Below, in pieces: positions 26,153-34,399 of a DNA stretch of 64,000 nucleotides. Position numbers and translations under genes: made by a program. Positions within the stretch are counted from its first letter, which is position 1. Each line of letters opens with the position of its first letter. The stretch comes from an uncultured Patescibacteria group bacterium (GTDB taxonomy: Bacteria > Patescibacteriota > Microgenomatia > UBA1400 > PJMF01). The stretch lies in contig CAJQIG010000002.1 of NCBI GenBank assembly GCA_905478415.1, positions 186,699-250,698 of the forward strand, in the 5' to 3' direction. Under the pieces are notes generated by a model. The model searched no databases. It worked only from the letters and a program-made list of their open reading frames with translations, and had not been told where the DNA came from.

Positions 26153-26806
26153 TCACTTCTTCCTAGCAACCACCACAAAATATTTTAATACTCCAAAATA
26201 GCGAAGTGTTTTTTCTTCAACTACTATATTGCCCGCAGCCTTTATGTAATTTGATAGCTCTTTTTGTTTATACATCACATCATAAGGATGATCTAATATT
26301 ATTCTAAGAAGTTTACCTAGCGGAGATTCAAACGTTTCAATTGAAAAATCCTCCATAATTATCAGTCCCTTAGGTTTTAAAGTTCTCGTTATCTCTTTAA
26401 CTGCTTTCTTCCATTCTGGAATGTGATGAAGAACTCCAAAGTCAAACACTGCATCAAAGGTATTGTCTTTGAACGGCAATTTTGTCGTACTTGCTACTTG
26501 AAAATCAATGTTTTTATTAGAATACTTTCCTTGAGCGATACTAATCATTTTTGAATCAAGGTCAGTAGCAATGATTTTTCTGGGAGAAAAGTGCTTCATG
26601 ATAAGTTGACTACCATATCCACTACCACATCCAATTTCTAATGTCTTATTTATCTTCCCTGGATTAACTAACTTTCTGAGTCGTGGTATCTCCAAAGTAC
26701 TTTGAAACAACCGACGCATTGGGTTATTCATTAGTAGGAATTCAATAGTATTGAGAATCATGAATGTAGTATACCATGTGATTAAAAAGAAACCATTTAT
26801 AGGCAA
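26153..26806 (-). CDS. Class I SAM-dependent methyltransferase (true start probably internal, M16 or M26)
   Basis: LEIGCGSGYGS (motif I), ATDLD (post-I), FDAVFDFGVLHH, LKPKGLIIMED. Confidence 0.85.
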   Translation of the reverse strand: MPINGFFLITWYTTFMILNTIEFLLMNNPMRRLFQSTLEIPRLRKLVNPGKINKTLEIGCGSGYGSQLIMKHFSPRKIIATDLDSKMISIAQGKYSNKNIDFQVASTTKLPFKDNTFDAVFDFGVLHHIPEWKKAVKEITRTLKPKGLIIMEDFSIETFESPLGKLLRIILDHPYDVMYKQKELSNYIKAAGNIVVEEKTLRYFGVLKYFVVVARKK

Positions 26807-26821
26807 ATATTGCTGTTTTGC

Positions 26822-26851
26822 AGGGATTAGTGAACTATGTTGGAACCTATT
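26822..26851. repeat. Cassette-boundary repeat, copy E
   Basis: AGGGATTAGTGAACTATGTTGGAACCTATT. It abuts the stop codon of 26852..27178. Confidence 0.85.
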
Positions 26852-27178
26852 TTACCTTTCTCGTAAAACAAAACTCAATTTAATACTATCGTTTAACTCA
26901 ACTTTTTCTTTGTTTCTAACCTTTACTGGTAATGCAATGAAGTGTGTACCATCACCCATAGGGAGAAATGATGTTTTCCAACTACTGCTACCTACTTTTG
27001 CAGTTATAGCTACCAAACCCCTATCTAAAAGATGTTTAGTCTCATTCGTATATTTTTTAGGAACTCTCACATAATGCCAACCCTTTTTTTGGGGAAATAG
27101 TTCTACTTTTCCAGATATTGCAAATTTTTTCTTGGTTAATAATGGGGTCAAATTAGACATATAAAAAATATAGCCCAA
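26852..27178 (-). CDS. DUF1905-like small protein
   Basis: 108 aa. KKGWHYVRVPKKYTNE...WKTSFLPMGDGTHFIALPVKVR resembles the DUF1905 pattern. Confidence 0.5.
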   Translation of the reverse strand: MGYIFYMSNLTPLLTKKKFAISGKVELFPQKKGWHYVRVPKKYTNETKHLLDRGLVAITAKVGSSSWKTSFLPMGDGTHFIALPVKVRNKEKVELNDSIKLSFVLRER

Positions 27179-27180
27179 AT

Positions 27181-27510
27181 TTACATCTCATGAACAGGAT
27201 AAACACTCACCGTACTACCATCGTTATCCATTATCACTGGATGATCTTTTAATAAAGACTGGGCTGCTTCTAGGCTCTCAGCTTGAACTATTCCATATCC
27301 TGTTACATCATCTTCTTGAAGCTTTGAACCATCAACAGAAGTCACATGTTGAGGCCCAACTGGATTTCCAAAATCAACTACAGCATCAACATGAGTTTCT
27401 TTCCACTTCATCCAAACACCCATAACTCCTTGTACTTCTTCTTCTGACATTGACGCAAATTTTTCCATTGCTTCTTTAGGTGAGTGATAAATTAGAAGAA
27501 ACTTTTTCAT
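27181..27510 (-). CDS. YCII/DGPF-related domain protein
   Basis: 109 aa. The MKKFLLIYHSP... start and overall length/pattern resemble YCII-related proteins. Confidence 0.45.
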   Translation of the reverse strand: MKKFLLIYHSPKEAMEKFASMSEEEVQGVMGVWMKWKETHVDAVVDFGNPVGPQHVTSVDGSKLQEDDVTGYGIVQAESLEAAQSLLKDHPVIMDNDGSTVSVYPVHEM

Positions 27511-27573
27511 AGCGTGATCCTTTACTACATGTTTTTATTCTTTATCTTAACATAATTTAGAACCTAATTTATT

Positions 27574-27604
27574 GGGGATAAGTTAACAAAAAAAGAACTA
27601 TAAA
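27574..27604. repeat. Cassette-boundary repeat, copy F (degenerate), nearest the tRNA-Trp 3' end; an extra half-site lies at 27557-27570
   Basis: GGGGATAAGTTAACAAAAAAAGAACTATAAA compared with the consensus GGGGATTAGTGAAGGATGTTCGAACCTAT. TTAGAACCTAATTT lies just upstream. Confidence 0.5.
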
Positions 27605-27623
27605 TAGCTCTAATTCAAAACTG

Positions 27624-27694
27624 CAGGGCCAGAGGGAATCGAACCCCCGTCAAAGGTTTTGGAGACCTCTATTCTACCGCTGAACTATGGCCCT
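27624..27694 (-). tRNA. tRNA-Trp (anticodon CCA)
   Basis: Minus-strand cloverleaf: acceptor AGGGCCA/TGGCCCT, anticodon stem GAGGT/ACCTT with loop CTCCAAA, T-loop TTCGATT. No encoded CCA. Confidence 0.9.
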
Positions 27695-27808
27695 ACGTTG
27701 AGTTGTTAACGTTCAAATTGTATCATTAAGTGCTAGGTTTGCGGAGTAGAGGATTCGATTTTTTAGGCCTGTATCTTGAGAAATTTGCGGATGTTTGGTT
27801 AGCAACAC

Positions 27809-27837
27809 TTGACATAACATTAGTTATAGGATATAAT
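27809..27837 (+). promoter_or_regulatory. Consensus sigma70-type promoter
   Basis: TTGACA (27809-27814), a 17-nt spacer, then TATAAT (27832-27837). Confidence 0.75.
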
Positions 27838-27843
27838 GAAAAG

Positions 27844-28079
27844 TGTTGTGAGAGCGTACAGCAGACACTTCGTCTGCAACTACCTCGAGCAATACTGAAC
27901 CTTAACAGAATACTTACTTTTGTCTCCTTTAGACAGAAAGGACCGCGTATTTGTTGGAATCACCATAGGGTGAAACAGAGGTGTTACTCGAGAGAGTGGC
28001 GCTTGTGTTTCACTCTATTGTTTTGAGACCAGCGATTTTGTTGGTTTCCTTTTTGTTAATATTTTAAGGAGATAGAAAA
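27844..28079 (+). promoter_or_regulatory. Structured 5' leader of about 236 nt (candidate riboswitch/attenuator) upstream of 28080..28646
   Basis: Hairpins GCAGAC/GTCTGC and TGTCT/AGACA. Long-range CTCGAGCAATAC pairs with GTGTTACTCGAG. GTGAAACA/TGTTTCAC stem followed by TCTATTGTTTT. A strong Shine-Dalgarno (AAGGAG) sits only at the end. Confidence 0.45.
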
Positions 28080-28646
28080 ATGCAGGCATTCACTATTCAA
28101 ACAAATGGCGAAACAAAAAAAGGTATCCGCGTAGAACGTTTTGAAAAAACGGGAGCATATCAGATCAGCGTGCTGAAAGGCCGTCGTCCGGTTTTTGTCC
28201 CAATTTTCAAACGTAATCAGATTGTTGGAGAAGGACCTCTTGGTTACCAAATTTTGGAAGCCGGTATTTGGTCTGATTCTCAGACAGGTCGAGTAAAACT
28301 GCAAAATCCAAAAAATGATGCGTGGGAAGCCAGCCGAAACTTGGTTAGTTTGCGCGTGTATTTTGCCGAAGGAGCAGAGTTAGAAATTGCTCCGCCGGTT
28401 GATTCCGCAAGTTTGCCTCTGGCTGTGGCCTATGACCAGATGCGTAATGGCCGGCAGTATTGCGACCTAGTCGCGGTATTGAAGGCCGGCGAGAAGGTTC
28501 GTTTCATCGAGCACGCCCGTATGGGTGTCAAGGTCGTCAAGACCTTGTTGACCGATGAGAACGGAATCCCGCAACTGGTCGACGGGGATGTCCCCGAACC
28601 AGCGATGATGCAAGCCCTGGCCGAAGTCGCGGCTGCAACCAAGTAA
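28080..28646 (+). CDS. Hypothetical protein
   Basis: 188-aa ORF with AAGGAGA 7 nt upstream of the ATG. A terminator hairpin (AGGCCC...GGGGCCTTTTT) follows. No recognised motifs. Confidence 0.6.
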   Translation: MQAFTIQTNGETKKGIRVERFEKTGAYQISVLKGRRPVFVPIFKRNQIVGEGPLGYQILEAGIWSDSQTGRVKLQNPKNDAWEASRNLVSLRVYFAEGAELEIAPPVDSASLPLAVAYDQMRNGRQYCDLVAVLKAGEKVRFIEHARMGVKVVKTLLTDENGIPQLVDGDVPEPAMMQALAEVAAATK

Positions 28647-28776
28647 GTATCTGAAAAAGGAAAGGCCCTAGTTTTACACTGGGGCCTTTTTGCGTCTCAA
28701 ACCCAATCGCCACCAATCTCAAGTATTTTGTTCAAAACTAGCGTATACTACAGTTGTATCAATCTATATCACTAGT

Positions 28777-29694
28777 ATGCCAAAACCATTAGAACAAGAC
28801 CAAGTAACCAAGTTCACAACTTTGTGGCAAGGTTTCCATATCAAGAAAAATGACTCAGCTCAGGCCGCCGACCAGGCAGCTGAAGCTCTTCATGCTCTCG
28901 ATACAGAAAACTTTACCAACACAGAAGTTGCTACTGCGCATGGAGAACTTTCCAGAATAACTGCGGTCTTAGCTCTGAGTGCAGTCAAAAAAGCTAAAAA
29001 TTGGGAGGAAGCTCGTCAATATTTGCTTCTTTCCCTCGAGACAGTGCAGACAAGCTATCCAGTAGCAAAAACCTATGATCAAGCTAAAATCAGGGGAGAG
29101 TACTGGAATCCGGTGTATGGTGAAAGCTGGGCCCAGTTGAGTGCGCTCATGGATGTTCTCGAGTTGGCAAAAGTACTCGTGGTGCTGTACCCCGAAGCCG
29201 AATCGTTTGCTTATTTTAGAGCGGTTCATGAGGCTTTGTTCACAATCATTGCTGATACAGAGAAAAACCGGGAAATACTGGTTTTGATGATCAAACACGG
29301 TGAGTTTGAGTTGGCTCAAGAGGCATACCAAGAGTACCAGAGCTTGTATGGGCCAGAGTCTAAAGCTTTTAGCCCAGACCAGTGGATTACGTTAACCACC
29401 TTGATGATTGGGCAGTTCTTTGGTCACTCTCAAGTTGCAGAGGCCAGAAAGCTTTCTGGAGAACTTGGGAAGGTCTTGATACACCAGAAGGGAATGTCTT
29501 TTTTTGGGATCAGGGAGTTTTTTAAGAATATGTCACCCTCCAGAGGACAAAGACAGCTGGATTCAAAGTTGATTGGTTGGTACTCGGAAGGTGTCAAAAC
29601 TGATCCCGACGTCAGAAAACAAGTAGAAGCGCTTTTCGACCATGTCTTTGTTGGTGTGGGCGAAGAGGTTCAGTATCTCAATACTAAAGAATAA
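28777..29694 (+). CDS. Hypothetical alpha-helical protein
   Basis: ATG at 28777 (M30 of ORF 28690..29694). Helical-repeat-like composition. No recognised motifs. Confidence 0.5.
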   Translation: MPKPLEQDQVTKFTTLWQGFHIKKNDSAQAADQAAEALHALDTENFTNTEVATAHGELSRITAVLALSAVKKAKNWEEARQYLLLSLETVQTSYPVAKTYDQAKIRGEYWNPVYGESWAQLSALMDVLELAKVLVVLYPEAESFAYFRAVHEALFTIIADTEKNREILVLMIKHGEFELAQEAYQEYQSLYGPESKAFSPDQWITLTTLMIGQFFGHSQVAEARKLSGELGKVLIHQKGMSFFGIREFFKNMSPSRGQRQLDSKLIGWYSEGVKTDPDVRKQVEALFDHVFVGVGEEVQYLNTKE

Positions 29695-29916
29695 GCGAGT
29701 CTTCGTTTTTGTTTCGGTTTTTCAATAAAAGTGATTATTATATCAATTTGAAACCATAAAATACTCAAAATAATTAAAAAACATTTATAAATCAATATAT
29801 TATATTTTTCATAAAAACTGAAAAAGAGTGCTTTATTAATAAAAAAGTTACGTTATCTAACTTCGGAACATCACAATAACAGTGAAAAAAATTGGTTTTT
29901 ATTTGGGTACAAACGA

Positions 29917-30579
29917 CTATTCGTCGAATCCAAGGTTCTTCTGTTCAGCTGCAACAGTAGTTGTTTCTCCGTGCCCAGACAGCAGTTGAGTGTTTCCAGG
30001 GTACTCGAGAAGTTTTTTGAGTGAACGCTCCAGATCAAGGGTGTTTGAGTATGAAAAATCAGTTCGACCGACCCCGTTTTTAAAGATGGTGTCACCACAA
30101 AAAATATGGACATCATCTGGTGCAACCGTGGAGACAAAACTGACACTACCAGGAGTGTGACCTGGTGTTTCGATGGTCGTCAGGGAACAGTTGCCAAAGG
30201 AAAAGGTACTACCTGCCCTGAGGAAGTTGGTTGGTTGGGGCACGGGGTCCGCCTGACGATGTAACCAGTGTTCAGCGCTGTCTTTTGCCCCCTTTATGAG
30301 AAAGAGGTCAGCTTGGTGTAAGAAAATAGGGATATCATCAAAGTTAAGTTTCACTTCTAAGAGGCCGAGGACATGGTCGAAGTGACCATGGGTGAGGAGT
30401 ATGGCGGTGGGTTGAAGTCCAAGACGCAGGATTTCTTCCGAGATGGTATCACCTGCATCAGCGGGGTCGATAATCACTGCCTCGAGTGTGTCTGGGCACC
30501 AGGCTAGGTAGCAATTGGTATCGAGTGCACCAAGGGTGAGAGTAGTTACGGTGGGGTGTTTGAACTTCATGCGGTACAA
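29917..30579 (-). CDS. MBL-fold metallo-hydrolase (GloB-like)
   Basis: LLTHGHFDHV (HxHxDH motif), TPGHTPGS, LLSGHG. Confidence 0.9.
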   Translation of the reverse strand: MYRMKFKHPTVTTLTLGALDTNCYLAWCPDTLEAVIIDPADAGDTISEEILRLGLQPTAILLTHGHFDHVLGLLEVKLNFDDIPIFLHQADLFLIKGAKDSAEHWLHRQADPVPQPTNFLRAGSTFSFGNCSLTTIETPGHTPGSVSFVSTVAPDDVHIFCGDTIFKNGVGRTDFSYSNTLDLERSLKKLLEYPGNTQLLSGHGETTTVAAEQKNLGFDE

Positions 30580-30586
30580 TGCAGAT

Positions 30587-31219
30587 ATGACTATTTACTT
30601 CGATATTGATTCTACCTTATTTACGACCAATCTGTTCAAGAAAACAAAAATCGATCCACAACTCGAAGAGTTACTGGGCGTGAGTTTAGAAACATTGCAG
30701 GAGTCTGAAAAAGCATACTTCACTGGACTGGAAAAGGGCACAGACTTCGATTTTCACAATTACTGTGCTTTTATAGCCGAAAAATTCAATGATGTCGGAG
30801 GCAGTGCCTCGAAAGAGCAACTTGAAAAACTTTTCGAGGACCAGGCTTTATATGAGGGGATGGTCTATCCAGACGTATTTCCAACACTCCAACTTCTACA
30901 AGATCGAGGAGATTCGATTGGTATTTTTTCTGAAGGACATACCGATTTTCAAACAAATAAAATTACTTTTACTGGGGTGATGACCTTTGCTGATCCCACA
31001 AAAGTCCATATTGCTCGAAGAAAATTGGAGCCGGAAGTGCTTTCAAAGTTAGAAGCAGGGGCGATTGTGATTGATGACAAAATTGAGTATCTTGAGAATC
31101 TACCAGAAACACTCACTCCAGTTTGGATTAATCGAACCTCAGAAGAAAAACATTCGACTATTGCTACAATTAAATCACTTGAGGAGATTACTCAGTTTTT
31201 ACTTAATAAAAAGGATTAA
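30587..31219 (+). CDS. HAD-superfamily hydrolase
   Basis: Start at M25 of the ORF gives MTIYFDIDSTLF (DxDxT motif I). GIFSEG (motif II-like). IDDK near the C-terminus. Confidence 0.7.
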   Translation: MTIYFDIDSTLFTTNLFKKTKIDPQLEELLGVSLETLQESEKAYFTGLEKGTDFDFHNYCAFIAEKFNDVGGSASKEQLEKLFEDQALYEGMVYPDVFPTLQLLQDRGDSIGIFSEGHTDFQTNKITFTGVMTFADPTKVHIARRKLEPEVLSKLEAGAIVIDDKIEYLENLPETLTPVWINRTSEEKHSTIATIKSLEEITQFLLNKKD

Positions 31220-31220
31220 G

Positions 31221-31718
31221 ATGTCAATATTTGAGAGAAGACAAGGAATTGATCAAGGAAAGAAGTTTGAGCTTCCTTCTTTGAGACCTGGATTGCAAGC
31301 TTTACTAGTACCTTCACTTGAAGCAGAAAAGTTTGGATTAAAAAACCCAAATCTTGAAATCCAACAGCTTATACAGACAGTAAGTGAGTTACTTATAGAA
31401 AAAAACTCTGAATTACAGACTACCGTTGCTTTGGGTGGGGTAGATGGTGGATTTGTGGGACTGCTCATTGTGGTTAGAAACCAGGATGATACACCACCAG
31501 TTGAAAATGTTGGCAATACACAACGAATAGAAACAGTTTTAATTGAGTCAAAGCTGGCGAAAGCCTGGGGTTCTCGAGATATTTTGGGTGAATTGACTGA
31601 AGCGCTAGACACAAAGCTTCAGACCTTACCAGAAAGCACCGAGCTTATCTCAATAAATGCAGTACCCTCTCCATCAGGAAGAACAATTGGTTTAGTGTTA
31701 GTGATAAAAAATTCTTAG
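31221..31718 (+). CDS. Hypothetical protein
   Basis: ATG 31221 lies 1 nt after the HAD gene's stop codon (31217-31219). 165 aa. No recognised motifs. Confidence 0.45.
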   Translation: MSIFERRQGIDQGKKFELPSLRPGLQALLVPSLEAEKFGLKNPNLEIQQLIQTVSELLIEKNSELQTTVALGGVDGGFVGLLIVVRNQDDTPPVENVGNTQRIETVLIESKLAKAWGSRDILGELTEALDTKLQTLPESTELISINAVPSPSGRTIGLVLVIKNS

Positions 31719-32371
31719 CCAACCAGAATTGAAACGATCATCGAAATAATCGGACTAATCAGCGTAGCTACTGCTGAGGTTCCATTCCAAGGCACTATCA
31801 ACATCAAAAGCACAACTGAACCATATCGATGCATAAACGACTCATATGCTAACGCATTTTCTGGAGGCAATATCGACTCGAGGATTTTTGATCCATCGAG
31901 CGGATAGACTGGTACTAAGTTGAAAATTGCGAGCATGACGTTGATATATAAAATAAAGTACAAAGCGGGAGCAAGGAGTGTGCTAAAAAAGACTCCAGCA
32001 GGTAAAAAATTGAGCACCAGCGCGAGTAGTACGGCAAGTATGAGGTTGCTAGCAGGGCCTGCGAGTGCAATTAAGGCAGTGTCACGTTTAGGATCTTTTA
32101 AGTTAAAGGGATCGAACTGGACGGGTTTTCCCCAGCCAAAGCCGATTAGTAGAATTGCGAGTGTTCCCATGGGATCAAGATGAGCGAGTGGATTAAGAGT
32201 GACTCTGCCCTGATAGGTAGGGGTAGGATCACCAAGCTTATCTGCTACGAATGCATGGGCAAACTCGTGAATTGTGAGGGCAACAACCAGGCCAATAGCA
32301 CTGATAAAGAAGAGTAGGGGGTTAGTGAAGAGGGTTGCAAGCATCATACGTTTGGCCATTATAGCAGTCAA
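31715..32371 (-). CDS. Site-2 protease family (peptidase M50) membrane metalloprotease
   Basis: HEFAHAFVADKLGD (HExxH) and a multi-TM protein with NLVPVYPLDGS (the NxxPxxxLDG motif). Confidence 0.85.
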   Translation of the reverse strand: MTAIMAKRMMLATLFTNPLLFFISAIGLVVALTIHEFAHAFVADKLGDPTPTYQGRVTLNPLAHLDPMGTLAILLIGFGWGKPVQFDPFNLKDPKRDTALIALAGPASNLILAVLLALVLNFLPAGVFFSTLLAPALYFILYINVMLAIFNLVPVYPLDGSKILESILPPENALAYESFMHRYGSVVLLMLIVPWNGTSAVATLISPIISMIVSILVG

Positions 32372-32476
32372 TGATTTTGACTGCTAGACACAATCCTCTC
32401 GAGAGGTTTCGTTTGATGTTTCTTTCTTATTTTCCCGTTTGGAAAAATTCTGCCTTGATGATATAATCACAGTCTT

Positions 32477-32695
32477 ATGTCAAGCTTTACATTCAAGTTC
32501 CCAGTAACTGCTCATATCGGTAATAAGGTTTCTCACGCTAAAAATAGAAGCAAGAGAAAATTTAAGTACAACCTTCACACAGTGACAATGATAGTTGATG
32601 GACAAAAGCAGCGTCTTCGAGTACCTACCAAGGTGCTGAGAATGCTCAAGAAGTCCGGAATGACTACGCACTGGAAGAAACCTGTAAAAGAATAA
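32477..32695 (+). CDS. rpmB: 50S ribosomal protein L28
   Basis: 72 aa. GNKVSHAKNRSKRKFKYNLH is a typical L28 core. Confidence 0.85.
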   Translation: MSSFTFKFPVTAHIGNKVSHAKNRSKRKFKYNLHTVTMIVDGQKQRLRVPTKVLRMLKKSGMTTHWKKPVKE

Positions 32696-32786
32696 ATTTT
32701 TACAGTTTCTGTAGTGCATTTGCAGTTATAAATAAAATCTAAAAATACCTGAGAAATTCTCAGGTTTTTTGGGACCTTTTTTTCTT

Positions 32787-33752
32787 TTAGTTAAGCAGGG
32801 TGTTTTTTATTTGGTTGAACAGAGCTGGAGTTTTACCTTCAAGCTGCACAGTTTCAAGTGTTAGAGATTCATTTGCAGTAGTTGTTTTTGGAGTTACCAC
32901 AGCGGAGATAATCTTCATCCGTTTTTCTCCCTGCTTAGTTTCAACTTTGGTCCAAAGATTAGGCCAAGGTGAGAAAGCTTTAGTGGCGGCAACAAGGAGG
33001 GCTGGAAGAGAAGTGTGTGCAGTTCGAGCCGCTTCGAGTAACGGAGGGAGCGTTATAAAACTTGGTTCTACTCCTTTTCGAGCCAGTGCGATCACATTCC
33101 AAGGTACAAAGGCATCATCTTTAGTAAGTTTTCTAGCAGTTGGTGTTGGTGATGAGACAGGTTGTGGTTGGCTTTTTTTGTTTGAAATATATGTTTTGAG
33201 TATATTAGGGAGTTCTGGAGCAAGCAGCTCAAAACTATGCTGGTAATACTGTTCGGCGGTCCATGCAGTATCAACGTTAAAAGGGAGTGCGGCTACGATA
33301 GGACCTTGGTCTAGCTGTGCATTCATCTCGATCAGCGTAATAGCTGATTTTTTTTCTCCATACAAGAGCGCAAACTGACCAGGAGAACTACCTCTCCATT
33401 TTGGCAGTTCGGACGGGTGAATATTGAGTGGAGCAATTTGGGGAAGTGCCAGAAGCCAGCTCGGGACAAGGTAGCCAAAGTCTACAACAAGGAGGATGTC
33501 TACCTGTGGTTGTTGTGTTATCTCTTGTCTTGTTACAGAGGTGATCTTATTTTTGATAAGTAGAGTTGGGATAGATTGTTCAGTTGCAAAACTATGCAGG
33601 GGGTTAGGGGTGATAACCTTTTTTCTTCCAAGAGGTTTTGGTTCTGGCGTTACAATCCAGGTTATTTCAAAATCTTCTGCTTGACTGAGAGCTTCGGCAC
33701 AGAGGCGGGTTCGTTGAGTTGTGCCAGCAATGGCAATTGAGATTTTTGGCAT
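32787..33752 (-). CDS. fmt: Methionyl-tRNA formyltransferase
   Basis: PLNIHPSELPKWRGSSP (compare NVHASLLPRWRGAAP). Located adjacent to def. Confidence 0.9.
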   Translation of the reverse strand: MPKISIAIAGTTQRTRLCAEALSQAEDFEITWIVTPEPKPLGRKKVITPNPLHSFATEQSIPTLLIKNKITSVTRQEITQQPQVDILLVVDFGYLVPSWLLALPQIAPLNIHPSELPKWRGSSPGQFALLYGEKKSAITLIEMNAQLDQGPIVAALPFNVDTAWTAEQYYQHSFELLAPELPNILKTYISNKKSQPQPVSSPTPTARKLTKDDAFVPWNVIALARKGVEPSFITLPPLLEAARTAHTSLPALLVAATKAFSPWPNLWTKVETKQGEKRMKIISAVVTPKTTTANESLTLETVQLEGKTPALFNQIKNTLLN

Positions 33753-33756
33753 TACT

Positions 33757-34323
33757 TTATATCATCTCGAAGAGAGCAGGATCAACTTCTTCGAGTTTTT
33801 TAGTTATTTTAGTTTCTTTGTAGATGGGAAGTCCGTGTTTGATGGCATGATCGGTAAAGAGAATACCGTGCAGATGATCAAGTTCATGTTGCATGACTCG
33901 GGAAGCGAAATCTCTGAAAGTAGTTTCCTGATCAATCAACTCATTCCCTTTTACTTGTTGAAAGCGAAATGTGGTCCATGAGTGCCGAGGAACAGGACCA
34001 TAGATTCCAGGCATAGAGAGACAGCCTTCTAAACTAGTTTCGTCCTCGGTTGGTCCTAAAATAAGTTCGTCTGAAGCATCTACGATTGTAGGATTAATAA
34101 AAATGCGTTGCGTATTCTTTCCTTGCTCGTCCTCAAGTAGGGTAGTGAAAAGAGACCAGTTTTTATCTACCTGTGGTGCAGCTAATCCAACTCCTTGAGG
34201 ATTTTTTTTGTTTGCTAGCGTTTTTTCGAGATCGCTAATAAATCGAAGTAGTTTTTTATCTACATGGGTGACGGGCTCAGCTTCTTGTCGAAGGGCGCTG
34301 TGGGGGATAGTTACTATTTTCAT
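33757..34323 (-). CDS. def: Peptide deformylase
   Basis: GVGLAAPQV, EGCLSMPG and HELDHLHG motifs. Start at M39 of the ORF avoids overlap with the upstream gene. Confidence 0.92.
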   Translation of the reverse strand: MKIVTIPHSALRQEAEPVTHVDKKLLRFISDLEKTLANKKNPQGVGLAAPQVDKNWSLFTTLLEDEQGKNTQRIFINPTIVDASDELILGPTEDETSLEGCLSMPGIYGPVPRHSWTTFRFQQVKGNELIDQETTFRDFASRVMQHELDHLHGILFTDHAIKHGLPIYKETKITKKLEEVDPALFEMI

Positions 34324-34399
34324 ATATTTTTTGAGGCTGTAAGCTTTGGAGGGTATTGTCTCCCATCTTGATGGTATTTTCAAGCTTGGCCTCTTGTAG

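Noticed and set aside
24126-27604. Whether the regularly spaced ~30-nt repeats form a CRISPR array
   Set aside because: The repeats are separated by 580-750 bp units that contain full protein-coding genes with Shine-Dalgarno sequences and promoters, not 25-40 nt spacers. The repeat copies are also too divergent, and no cas genes are present.
27730-28026. 98-aa ORF 27730..28026 (plus strand) as a gene
   Set aside because: It spans a perfect TTGACA-17-TATAAT promoter and the structured leader, has a GTG start without a Shine-Dalgarno sequence, and has implausible composition. It is interpreted as non-coding.
29695-29916. The very AT-rich 220-bp intergenic region as a replication origin
   Set aside because: No DnaA-box-like TTATCCACA clusters and no adjacent dnaA/dnaN. 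It is probably just a convergent-gene spacer holding terminators.
30570-30590. Divergent MBL-hydrolase and HAD-hydrolase start codons only ~8-17 bp apart, as a sign of misannotation or a shared regulatory element
   Set aside because: Both N-termini look canonical from these starts. Overlapping divergent promoters embedded in the neighbouring coding sequence are plausible in compact genomes, and nothing further can be supported from sequence alone.
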